The notes beneath the pieces were generated by a model. The model worked only from the letters and a program-made list of their open reading frames with translations. It was not told the origin of the DNA and did not search any database. Shown here piece by piece: positions 18,156-26,489 of a DNA stretch of 64,000 nt; the stretch's first letter is position 1, and each line of letters begins with the position of its first letter. This DNA is from Omnitrophica bacterium GWA2_41_15. GTDB lineage: Bacteria > Omnitrophota > Gorgyraeia > Gygaellales > UBA12090. Where the stretch lies: contig CAKKRH010000032.1 of the NCBI GenBank assembly GCA_919902675.1, positions 1,270 through 65,269 on the forward strand, written 5' to 3'. Position numbers and translations under genes: made by a program.

Positions 18156-18253
18156 TTGGCTTAAATACCTTTTTGGTTAACGCATACCATCCAAGATATT
18201 ATTTCTATGCTTGAAATAGAGAACAAATAGAAATGCTGTATCTATCTTTTCAT

Positions 18254-18307
18254 TTAAGACACAAAAAGCTCTTTTACCGCGTTATAGATTATTTTCTCGG
18301 GGATATT
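18254..18307. repeat. 54-bp direct repeat, right copy (authentic aroB 3' end)
   Basis: Identical to 16050-16103. It encodes the last 17 codons plus the stop of aroB. Confidence 0.95.
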
Positions 18308-19345
18308 TTTAGAGATAACCGCCTTGCCTATTCCTTTAAGCAGAACAAAACGGTTTAATCTGCCGATAAACTTTTTATCCAGCCTGTAGGCCCGCAACAC
18401 ATCTTCTTCCCTGATTCCGCTTACCTCAAGGGGAAGCCCCAGACCGGCAACCAAAGCGGATATCCGCTGGCAAACTGACGCTGAAAGCAGGCCTAAATTC
18501 TCGCTCATTTGGGAAGCCGCCAACATGCCTAAGGCAATTGCCTCTCCGTGGTTATATCTGCTATAACCGCCTGCCGCCTCAATGGCGTGTCCGATAGTAT
18601 GTCCGAAATTTAAAATTGTCCTTAAACCCTTTTCTTCCTTTTCATCAAGCTCAACAATTTCAGCCTTGATTTTGGCGCACGCGTAGACTAAATGCTCCAG
18701 AGTCTGCCTGTCCCTGGAAAATACCGAGTGATAATTCTGCTCCAGAAAATTAAATAATCCCTCATCCTTGATTGCCGCGTACTTGATGGCCTCGGATAAA
18801 CCGGCGCGCGTCTGTCTCTTGTCTAAGGTTTCCAACACGCTTAAGTCGCAGAAAACCAGCTTGGGCTGATAAAACGTCCCGACCAGATTTTTGGCAATGC
18901 GCAAATCAATGGCCGTTTTTCCTCCAATGCTTGAGTCTATCTGGGCCAGAAGAGTGGTGGGAACCTGGACCAAGGGCACGCCGCGCTTGTATATGCTGGC
19001 AATAAAACCGGCCAAATCCCCAATCACCCCTCCCCCTAAAGCAAGAACAGTTATCTTTTTCTGTTTCGCGTAAAAAGCCAGGTTTTCGGCAATCCTTGCC
19101 GCGTTATTGATTGATTTGGCCTTTTCGCTGTCTATGGTGAGATAAAATTTGGTCGAAAATCCTCCTTGCTTAAGGCTCTGATTTAATTTTTTGGCATAGT
19201 ATTTTTGAACGCGATTATTGGTTATAATAAATATTTCCCGCGGCAGGTGTAATGACTTAAGATACCGCGGCAGAAACCTAAAAATATCATAACCGATAAC
19301 TATAGAATAGCTTTCTTTCCCCAAATTAACCGTTATCTTTTTCAT
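18254..19345 (-). CDS. aroB: 3-dehydroquinate synthase
   Basis: 363 aa: GGGVIGDLAGF, PTTLLAQIDSSIGGKT, NFGHTIGHAIE. Confidence 0.92.
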   Translation of the reverse strand: MKKITVNLGKESYSIVIGYDIFRFLPRYLKSLHLPREIFIITNNRVQKYYAKKLNQSLKQGGFSTKFYLTIDSEKAKSINNAARIAENLAFYAKQKKITVLALGGGVIGDLAGFIASIYKRGVPLVQVPTTLLAQIDSSIGGKTAIDLRIAKNLVGTFYQPKLVFCDLSVLETLDKRQTRAGLSEAIKYAAIKDEGLFNFLEQNYHSVFSRDRQTLEHLVYACAKIKAEIVELDEKEEKGLRTILNFGHTIGHAIEAAGGYSRYNHGEAIALGMLAASQMSENLGLLSASVCQRISALVAGLGLPLEVSGIREEDVLRAYRLDKKFIGRLNRFVLLKGIGKAVISKNIPEKIIYNAVKELFVS

Positions 19346-19417
19346 AGTAACCGCAGAAGTCTACGCGGAACTTTAGGCTGAACAACGCACAACCTTTATT
19401 GCGTAATTGCGCGCTTT

Positions 19418-20020
19418 TTAAGGAAGATTTATAAAATTAAGAATTATCTTAACTATAGGATAAATCGCGCGATCAAAGAAACCGAGATATAAAAGCACGA
19501 ATAAAATTATAAAACCGTGGCGCTCAATAGAGGCATATTTTCCGGCAACACTTGCCGGAAGCAGGCTGATTACTACGCGTGAACCGTCTAATGGCGGAAT
19601 AGGCGTAAGGTTAAATACTGCCAGGACCAGGTTCACTACTATTGCCTGTTTAAGCAAATATAGTAAAATTATAGGCAGGCTGATACTTTTTATTACCAGG
19701 CTCAGAATAAGAGCTATCGCTATGTTGGATAATGGGCCGGCCAGGCCCACCCAAAGAATATCTCTCTTAGGATTTCTTAGGCCCCAGTAATTTATCGGCA
19801 CCGGCTTGGCCCAGCCAAATACTACTGGCGATTTAGAAATAGTAAGAAGTATAGGCAAAAGCAGTGTCCCGAAAGGGTCTATATGGGCAAGAGGGTTTAA
19901 GGTGAGACGGCCGGCGTATTTAGCGGTTTTATCCCCCAGCCAAAAAGCTACCAGGCCGTGCGCGAACTCATGGATGACTACCGCGGAAAAAAAAACCGCC
20001 ATGGATAAAATAAAGGCCAC
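19418..20020 (-). CDS. Site-2 protease family (M50) membrane metalloprotease
   Basis: 200 aa, polytopic, with HEFAHG zinc motif and NLTPIPPLDG. Confidence 0.8.
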   Translation of the reverse strand: MAFILSMAVFFSAVVIHEFAHGLVAFWLGDKTAKYAGRLTLNPLAHIDPFGTLLLPILLTISKSPVVFGWAKPVPINYWGLRNPKRDILWVGLAGPLSNIAIALILSLVIKSISLPIILLYLLKQAIVVNLVLAVFNLTPIPPLDGSRVVISLLPASVAGKYASIERHGFIILFVLLYLGFFDRAIYPIVKIILNFINLP

Positions 20021-20226
20021 AATTGCTCTCTTTTCTTAGCGCAGCACAAAAACCAAATAACCAATTTCTAATAATCAAATAATAACCAATCACCAATTAT
20101 CAAACGTTCGGTTATTGATAATTCGGCCGCGTTCAAACCCCGCCCTTTAGAGCGGGGAAAAGTTACGCCGCTCTTTTGTTTATTTTGGTTATTGGTTATT
20201 AAATAGCTACCGCTTTTTAGTGGTAG
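20021..20226. repeat. Intergenic long hairpin built from AATAACC/GGTTATT words with inner GC hairpin
   Basis: The left side reads caaataaccaat...aataaccaatcaccaatt and the right side reads ttggttattggttatt. There is an inner ccccgc/gcgggg hairpin. The stem aatagctacc/ggtagctatt overlaps the stop of the next gene. Confidence 0.7.
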
Positions 20227-20514
20227 CTATTTGGTGGTTTTGGCCGCGGGACTTGCTGTCTTGGCGGATTTAGCGGTTTTAGCGGAAGCTGTCCCCGCGG
20301 CTGTACCCGCGGCTGCGGGGGCGGCAGCACCTTCAGCTTTTTCTTTCTTTACCACCTTTATCTTTAGAACCTTTATCTTGGGCAGGCCGAAAACAGAGCT
20401 CTCCTGGTTAAAAGAACCCTTATCCATAAAATACTTCATTCTCTCGACACGCTTTAAGACCGACCTTTGCTTTCTTCCTTTTAAAGATAAAGCTAATGAA
20501 GGGTGTATTGACAT
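20227..20514 (-). CDS. Small basic protein (conserved N-terminus, Ala/Lys-rich tail)
   Basis: 95 aa: MSIHPSLALSLKGRKQRSVLKRVERMKYFMDKG...GLPKIKV. From memory it resembles the 'small basic protein' family of PVC-group bacteria. Not verified. Confidence 0.45.
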   Translation of the reverse strand: MSIHPSLALSLKGRKQRSVLKRVERMKYFMDKGSFNQESSVFGLPKIKVLKIKVVKKEKAEGAAAPAAAGTAAGTASAKTAKSAKTASPAAKTTK

Positions 20515-20515
20515 T

Positions 20516-21178
20516 TTATAATCTCCTTATTTGACAATCGGGATAACTGTTTTTCATTTTAACAAGATTAATCTGGGCGTCTTCCCTGGCGTTAAACCTT
20601 CCCACGCAAATCACGGTATATTTTCCTTTAGTTAAGCTAAAAGCGGTATAACCTTTACTCCTTAATTTTGATAATTCTTTGCTTACATTTTTGCTCTTAG
20701 AAATACTGGCCACCTGGATAGTGAAATTTTTCTGGAGAAGTTCTTTACTATCCGGCTTGGCCTGAAGATTAACTTTTTCTCTGCTTTTGTCCAGCGAAAC
20801 AGACTTTCTTGTGGTGAGCGTAGTCGGACCACCTATCCCTTGAGGAAAGGTTGTATTTTTATTTACCAACAGGATCGGCCCTTGTTTGGAGGGAAACTGG
20901 CCAGCTTCCACGGTAAGAGATGTCGGCTCACCCTTAGGCAAAAAAGCCGGCTCCATCCCCATCGGCGTAATCCCGGCGAGGTGCTTCTTTCCTTTTTCAA
21001 CCCCGAAAGAAAATGAAACCAAAGAAACAAAAATAAATGCCACGAAGGTATATACGAACTTTTGATAACCGCGTATTTTATTAAGATGTAAAGGATTTCT
21101 CCCTGAGACGCCTTGACTTCCGGAGGCCTCCTCATCCGTCTTAAACATTTCCAATTGCTCAGAATTATTTTTCTGCAT
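20516..21178 (-). CDS. SPOR domain membrane protein
   Basis: 220 aa with one TM. The C-terminus FTIQVASISKSKNVSKELSKLRSKGYTAFSL.KGKYTVICVGRF..REDAQ is SPOR-like. Confidence 0.7.
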   Translation of the reverse strand: MQKNNSEQLEMFKTDEEASGSQGVSGRNPLHLNKIRGYQKFVYTFVAFIFVSLVSFSFGVEKGKKHLAGITPMGMEPAFLPKGEPTSLTVEAGQFPSKQGPILLVNKNTTFPQGIGGPTTLTTRKSVSLDKSREKVNLQAKPDSKELLQKNFTIQVASISKSKNVSKELSKLRSKGYTAFSLTKGKYTVICVGRFNAREDAQINLVKMKNSYPDCQIRRL

Positions 21179-21302
21179 ATTCCCCCTCTATATCAATATT
21201 AAAAAAACAAATACCACAAATGAATACCAAAATTAGCAGGCTTATATCCACTCCGCTTGCCGTTTACAGTTACTGGTCTTTTTATTTAATTTCGCGCTTT
21301 AT

Positions 21303-21460
21303 CCCGGAATTTGCAATAGTAATGGCATTCGCCGCCAAATAAGGGCGCATCTTCGTCAGAAAAAAGCGCTTACATACTAAAAGTATGCGCGCACTTTTTT
21401 CTGCCAAATCTGCATCCTTCTTTGGCGTCTCGGTGCCGCATTCCTATTGCAAAATCCGGG
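21303..21460. repeat. 158-bp hairpin element, copy 1
   Basis: About 98% identical to 33687-33844. The arms cccggaatttgcaatag... and ...ctattgcaaaatccggg fold into a long imperfect stem-loop around ttacatactaaaagtatg. Confidence 0.9.
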
Positions 21461-21513
21461 ATTAATCTGTAATTTTAGTTTTTGATATTTAATTTATTAT
21501 TATACCTCCAAAC

Positions 21514-22575
21514 TTATCCACTCCGCAAGTATTTTCTTAAATCAAACTTCTTTATCGCCCTTAAAAAAGCGTCAACCACGTTGGGGTCAAATTGCGTTCC
21601 GGATTTATGTTTTATCTCTTTGAGGGCATCACTTATTCCCACCCTTTCCCGATAAGGCCTGCCGTAGACTATGGCCTCAAAGGCATCAGCCACGGCCATA
21701 ATCCTTGCCCCTAAAGGAATCTGCCCCTTTTTAAGCCTGGAAGGATATCCTGTGCCGTTAAATTTTTCATGATGATGCAGAATTATCGGTATAGCCGGCC
21801 TAATGGCTTCAAGGTGCCTGAGAATTTTTACCCCTCTTACCGGATGGCCTCTGATAATAGAAAGCTCTTTCTCGGTAAGCTGGCTGGATTTGGTGAGAAT
21901 CTCTATAGGTATATCCACTTTTCCGGCGTCGTGAAGCAGGCTGGCGAATTTCAGGCTCTGAATTCCTTTCTCATCCAGATGCATCTCCCTTCCGATAGCG
22001 CACACCAAACGGCTGAAATACGGGCTATGGGTATAGGCGCAGGGCACCCGGGTGTCAAATAAAGTTACCAGGGATTTAATGCTGCCCAGAATTATCTTCT
22101 GTTGCTCTTCATAAAGCTGCAAGTTGCGGATACCGATGACTGCCTGCTCGCCTAAAGTCATTAATATTTCCTGGTCATAGGAATCAAACGGCTTATTATC
22201 TTTTCTATTATCCAAAATAATCATTCCTATTAAATCGTCGGCTATCAAAGGAACGGCTAATTTAAAACCGCTGCGGCAGGCCTGAGACTTACGGATGACC
22301 CGCCTCTCCAGCGAATTAAATACCTTCGAGTTTTTACTGACTACGCATTTGGCGTTGTGGCGGATAGCGCATTTCAGGATAACCTTCTTGTTGGCGGGAT
22401 CAAGAATAACAATCGCGCAATTACGCGCGGATAATGTCTGGCAGGTAAGCCTGGCTAAACGCAAAATCAGATTTTTCAGATCATACGTCGAATTTATCAG
22501 GCGGTATACCGTATGAATCGTGGAAAGTGCCGCTTTATACTTTTTCGTAAGGATCAAATAATTTTTTATACTCAT
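21514..22575 (-). CDS. GAF domain-containing HD-GYP c-di-GMP phosphodiesterase
   Basis: 353 aa: HDAGKV...HHHEKFNGTGYP. Confidence 0.85.
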   Translation of the reverse strand: MSIKNYLILTKKYKAALSTIHTVYRLINSTYDLKNLILRLARLTCQTLSARNCAIVILDPANKKVILKCAIRHNAKCVVSKNSKVFNSLERRVIRKSQACRSGFKLAVPLIADDLIGMIILDNRKDNKPFDSYDQEILMTLGEQAVIGIRNLQLYEEQQKIILGSIKSLVTLFDTRVPCAYTHSPYFSRLVCAIGREMHLDEKGIQSLKFASLLHDAGKVDIPIEILTKSSQLTEKELSIIRGHPVRGVKILRHLEAIRPAIPIILHHHEKFNGTGYPSRLKKGQIPLGARIMAVADAFEAIVYGRPYRERVGISDALKEIKHKSGTQFDPNVVDAFLRAIKKFDLRKYLRSG

Positions 22576-23713
22576 CTAAAGCGTACCTATCGGTCATCCC
22601 GGCGATATAATCACAGATGACCCTTTTTTTATCTTCACCGTATTTTCCTCCGGAGGCGGATCCGCCAGCGTCAGAAATCTTATCGGCCTGCTCCCGCGGC
22701 AGCTGCCGCGGGTTATTCAGATATACCTCAAAAAGTTCCCGGATAAAACGTTTGGCTTTAATAGACATCCGCACCACCCGGTAATGATGATACAAACTAT
22801 CCGTCAAATAATCCTTGAGGGGAAGCCTTACGGATTCCATCTCTTTACTAAAGGAGACCAGCTTATACTCAAGGCCGCGGCAGTCCTCTACGGATTTTAC
22901 CCCGGCCTTCTTTATTCTGCTCTTAGTTTCCTCTATCAGGTCAGTTACCTGCGTATCGATCATCGCGCGGATTATCTGATATTTTCTTATCTGGGATTTT
23001 AACTTTCCATAGCGGTGCCTCACACCGCGCTCAGCCAGTTTCCACAGTTTTTTACTTCTTAACCCGGATTCTTCAAGCAGGCCGGAAGTCAAACCATCGT
23101 CAAGGTCATGGTTATTATACGCTATTTCATCGGCAATGTCTACCACCTGAGTTTCCAGGCTGGGCATCTTATAATCAAAATCTCCCCCTTCAGGGCGCAA
23201 GTCATGAAAAGAGGAATGCTTAACTATGCCCTCTCTCACCTCCCAGCTTAAATTTAACCCGGAGAAGTCGGGATATCTCTCTTCTAAAACATCCACTATT
23301 CTTAAGCCCTGCAGATTATGATTAAACCCTCCCGAATCCGCCATCAGATCATCCAATACTTCCTCCCCGGAATGGCCGAAAGGGGCATGGCCTAAGTCAT
23401 GAGCCAAGGCAATCGCCTCAACCAAATCGGTATTTAAGCGCAATATTGAAGCGATGGTTCTGGCTATCTGGGAAACTTCCAGGGTGTGGGTAAGCCTGGT
23501 GCGGTAATAATCGCCTTCATAGTTTACGAATACCTGGGTCTTGTATTCTAATCTGCGAAAGGCCGCGGAATGTATTATCCTATCCCTATCCCGCTGATAA
23601 CAGCCGCGGTAAGGATGCTCTTTTTCTTTATGCGTCCTCCCCCGGGATAAACAGCTTTTCATGGCATAGCCTGCCAGATACTTATTCTCAAATTCTTTCG
23701 CGCAGATTGTCAT
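22535..23713 (-). CDS. dgt: dGTP triphosphohydrolase-like HD protein
   Basis: 392 aa: RTRLTHTLEVSQIAR...AHDLGHAPFGH...ADEIAYNNHDLDDG. Confidence 0.85.
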   Translation of the reverse strand: MTICAKEFENKYLAGYAMKSCLSRGRTHKEKEHPYRGCYQRDRDRIIHSAAFRRLEYKTQVFVNYEGDYYRTRLTHTLEVSQIARTIASILRLNTDLVEAIALAHDLGHAPFGHSGEEVLDDLMADSGGFNHNLQGLRIVDVLEERYPDFSGLNLSWEVREGIVKHSSFHDLRPEGGDFDYKMPSLETQVVDIADEIAYNNHDLDDGLTSGLLEESGLRSKKLWKLAERGVRHRYGKLKSQIRKYQIIRAMIDTQVTDLIEETKSRIKKAGVKSVEDCRGLEYKLVSFSKEMESVRLPLKDYLTDSLYHHYRVVRMSIKAKRFIRELFEVYLNNPRQLPREQADKISDAGGSASGGKYGEDKKRVICDYIAGMTDRYALDEYKKLFDPYEKV

Positions 23714-24164
23714 ATAGTTCTTCCAGAGATTGAGATATTACCTTGGTAGAAAATAATGCCGGCATAAAATTATTATCTTCCTTCCAGCGGGGAACGATAT
23801 GCAGGTGAAGATGATTGGGTATGCCCGCTCCGGAGACCCTGCCGATATTCATTCCTATATTAAAACCATCCGGCCTAAGCGCGCGTTTGAGCAAAAGCCG
23901 CATTTTGTTCAAGACAGCGAATAAATCCAATATTTCATCGGCATTAAGCTGACCCGGGTCCTTTATGTGCCTATAAGGACAAATCATTAGGTGTCCGTTA
24001 TTATAAGGGAATTTATTTAGGATGGAAAAGACATGCCTGGAGCGATAAATCACCAAATTCTTCTTATCTGTCTTCTTCTGAGAAACCCCGCAAAAAAGAC
24101 ATCCTTTTGTTTTCTTGGAATTGCTGATATAGCCTATGCGCCAGGGAGCCCAGAGTCTGTCCAT
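23688..24164 (-). CDS. HIT family hydrolase
   Basis: The HLHLHIVPRW histidine triad is present. I prefer ATG at 24164 (MDRLWAPWR...) over the TTG at 24182, which lies inside the repeat array. Confidence 0.8.
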   Translation of the reverse strand: MDRLWAPWRIGYISNSKKTKGCLFCGVSQKKTDKKNLVIYRSRHVFSILNKFPYNNGHLMICPYRHIKDPGQLNADEILDLFAVLNKMRLLLKRALRPDGFNIGMNIGRVSGAGIPNHLHLHIVPRWKEDNNFMPALFSTKVISQSLEELYDNLRERI

Positions 24165-24173
24165 ATCATTATT

Positions 24174-24328
24174 AATAACCAATAACCAAACATTTAGTAC
24201 TTGGTTATTGGTTATTATTTGGTTATTGGAAATTGGAAATTGGTGATTGGTTATTGGTTATTGGTTATTGGTTATTGGTTATTGGTTATTGGTTATTATT
24301 TGGTTATTGGAAATTGGTGATTGGTGAT
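24174..24328. repeat. 16-bp hairpin plus about 19-unit heptamer array (TGGTTAT/TGGAAAT/TGGTGAT)
   Basis: aataaccaataaccaa (24174-24189) pairs with ttggttattggttatt (24201-24216). The tandem 7-mers run 24202-24328, with seven perfect TGGTTAT units at 24248-24296. Confidence 0.9.
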
Positions 24329-24339
24329 TGTAATTCATT

Positions 24340-24825
24340 TTATACCTTCACTATCTTCGCCTCAAGGCTATCGCCGATAGTAATTATCCCGTAAGAATTA
24401 GTATCGCTGAAGATTTTATCCGTGGGACTGCCGGGATTAAAAAATAATATGTCGTCTTTGCGCATATTTAAAGGTTTATGGGAATGCCCGAAAACTATAA
24501 TGCTCGGTTTTTCTTTCAAAAATTCATTATGTACTTGTTCAGTAAGGTTGAAAGGGCTCCCCCGGCCATGGGTAAGGCATATCACGTATTTACCAATTTT
24601 GATAACTTCCCTTAAGGGCAACTTGTCCTTTAAAGCGGGTTCATCCATATTTCCCTGGACCGCTTTTATTTTACCGATTTTCTCTAATTTTTTTAAGAAA
24701 TCCAAAGAAATAATATCTCCAGCATGAAGTATGAGATCGGCATCCTTTAAATCATCATAGATCTGCTGCGGTAAATCTTGGGCTCTTTCCGGTATATGGG
24801 TATCAGCTAAAACTATGATTTTCAT
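24340..24825 (-). CDS. YfcE/MJ0936-family metallophosphoesterase
   Basis: 161 aa: MKIIVLADTHIP...HAGDI...LTHG...FGHSH. Confidence 0.8.
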   Translation of the reverse strand: MKIIVLADTHIPERAQDLPQQIYDDLKDADLILHAGDIISLDFLKKLEKIGKIKAVQGNMDEPALKDKLPLREVIKIGKYVICLTHGRGSPFNLTEQVHNEFLKEKPSIIVFGHSHKPLNMRKDDILFFNPGSPTDKIFSDTNSYGIITIGDSLEAKIVKV

Positions 24826-24854
24826 TATAGATTACACACTACCTAAAGCAGCAG

Positions 24855-26477
24855 CTATACAATCCTTGGCTTACCGTAAATATCAAATAAAGAATTAAGC
24901 AGGGCCGTATCCCAAGTAGAAATCTTTTCTTCCTTGGCAATCAGGCTGGCATTAGCGTCTATCTCATTAAGGGCGATAAATATCCTTTTTTGGCTTTGAG
25001 TTTTACCGTATTTAAATCTCTTACAGAAGTCGATGAACTCAATCATATCTTCTTCCCTGGCTCTATCCTCTTTAAAACCGGCTATCCAAACCGCTCCGGG
25101 GCACCTGGCGACTATTCCTTTGCCGGGCTGTTTAGCCGTGCCAAGATCCAACAGCTTTATTTCCTTAAAGAGATTCAGACGCAGGCGTTTTTTATGGACT
25201 TCAATTGATTCATTGTTAAACTTGCCGAATAATTCCACCAGCCGCTGGGAGATTTCCTTGGTCTGGGCATCACGAAAATCCGTAAACATAGACTCTAACT
25301 CATGCTTAAAAAGCTCTCTCTCTTTTTCAGGCTCCGTAGTAAAGACGCCTGTTTTCTTCGCGTACACGCGCCTAAGCCAAAGAGCGAATAAGGCGTCATC
25401 TAAAATATACACATCGGCATTCCTGGATATATAATCCTCCTCGTAAAGCTTATTCAAAATCGAAGAAACATGTTTTTTCGGCTTGGCGCATTTACGGGCG
25501 ATATCGGAAATACTATTTTTTCCAGAGGCAAGGGCGGTTAAGACGCTAAAGACAGCCGCGTCTGTAAACACCGCGTCCACTTGCTGGATCAGGCTTAAAA
25601 AACGCCTGTTCAAGATACCCCACTCGCCGATAAAAATGTCCTCCTGCGACCTGACGAAAAAGTCGAAGGTAAGCTTTGCCTCGCGCGCGCTTTTAAGATA
25701 ATAGCTCATAAGAGCATCACAAACGGCATTAAGATAAAAAGGTTTTCCCTCGCTCAAATTTACGATAAAAGATAGAATCTGCTCTGAAACGTTCAGGGAT
25801 TTAAGTTTGCCGCGGATAAAAGCACTACTTGTCTTATTATCAAACGGCTGCAAATCTATTTTCTCAAAATTCCCAAACAGGAGAGCCAGGTCCTCAGCCA
25901 AAATCTTCCGGGCGAGCTCTTTCTTTGAGCTGAGCAGGACATACATTGTATTTTTATTAAGCATGATATGCTTACGCCAGGAGGCGTAAATATCTTTAGG
26001 CGGCACTGAAGCCAAAAGATGAAATTCATCCAGGATTAAAACGCAGCATTTTCCGCTCTCAGCGTTAAATTGCTCTACCAGCTCAAGCAGTCGAGCGAAT
26101 ACTATATCAGTTCTCCCAACGTATCTCTCAGAAAGGATCTTTCTGGCAAAAGATGTCGTCTTAGGGATGTACTTAGCGCACCTTTCCAAAAGAAAAGCCA
26201 TATCATCCTTCAGTCCGCTATGGCTGTTTTTGAGAAAAGAGAAAAAAAGGTTCCCGATAAATCTCTCCCTGAAAGAATTTGCCTCTTCATGCCTGATCTC
26301 TATATACACCGTAACGACGCGCGTATCGCAGTATTGAGAAAGCCAATGCTTAAGCAGAGAGGTTTTTCCAATCAGCTCCGCGCCGATTATGGCCATATTC
26401 TGCCTATAACCCTTACTTAAGGCTTCAGAGCGCTTATTCAAAAGCTCTAACAAATCTTGGCGTCCGTAGAATTCCAT
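24855..26477 (-). CDS. AAA-type ATPase (Arch_ATPase/DUF234-like) with wHTH and C-terminal nuclease-like domain
   Basis: 540 aa: FYGRQDLLELL, Walker A GAELIGKTS, Walker B VLILDEF, wHTH ISDIARKCAKPKKHVSSILNKL. Confidence 0.65.
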   Translation of the reverse strand: MEFYGRQDLLELLNKRSEALSKGYRQNMAIIGAELIGKTSLLKHWLSQYCDTRVVTVYIEIRHEEANSFRERFIGNLFFSFLKNSHSGLKDDMAFLLERCAKYIPKTTSFARKILSERYVGRTDIVFARLLELVEQFNAESGKCCVLILDEFHLLASVPPKDIYASWRKHIMLNKNTMYVLLSSKKELARKILAEDLALLFGNFEKIDLQPFDNKTSSAFIRGKLKSLNVSEQILSFIVNLSEGKPFYLNAVCDALMSYYLKSAREAKLTFDFFVRSQEDIFIGEWGILNRRFLSLIQQVDAVFTDAAVFSVLTALASGKNSISDIARKCAKPKKHVSSILNKLYEEDYISRNADVYILDDALFALWLRRVYAKKTGVFTTEPEKERELFKHELESMFTDFRDAQTKEISQRLVELFGKFNNESIEVHKKRLRLNLFKEIKLLDLGTAKQPGKGIVARCPGAVWIAGFKEDRAREEDMIEFIDFCKRFKYGKTQSQKRIFIALNEIDANASLIAKEEKISTWDTALLNSLFDIYGKPRIV

Positions 26478-26489
26478 ATAATTGCGTAT

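Larger units (their letters stand above)
16104..18253. mobile_element. 2.15-kb inserted island bounded by 54-bp direct repeats (no integrase inside)
   Basis: Flanked by the perfect repeats at 16050-16103 and 18254-18307. It is visibly more AT-rich than the flanks. It carries a TA pair, a frameshifted lipoprotein gene and an XRE regulator. Confidence 0.65.

Noticed and set aside
16104-18253. Prophage or integrative element with its own recombinase
   Set aside because: No integrase, transposase or phage structural gene is present. The region is kept only as an island with att-like repeats, possibly a remnant or a trans-mobilised cassette.
22535-23713. dGTPase as a dNTP-depletion antiphage gene
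   Set aside because: Its size, motifs and operon context (HIT, HD-GYP, ordinary neighbours) fit the common housekeeping Dgt-like family. Nothing in the sequence distinguishes it as a defence variant.
24202-24328. Possible CRISPR array (regular short repeats)
   Set aside because: The period is 7 nt with no unique spacers, and no cas genes are in the window. It is a microsatellite-like heptamer array, not a CRISPR.
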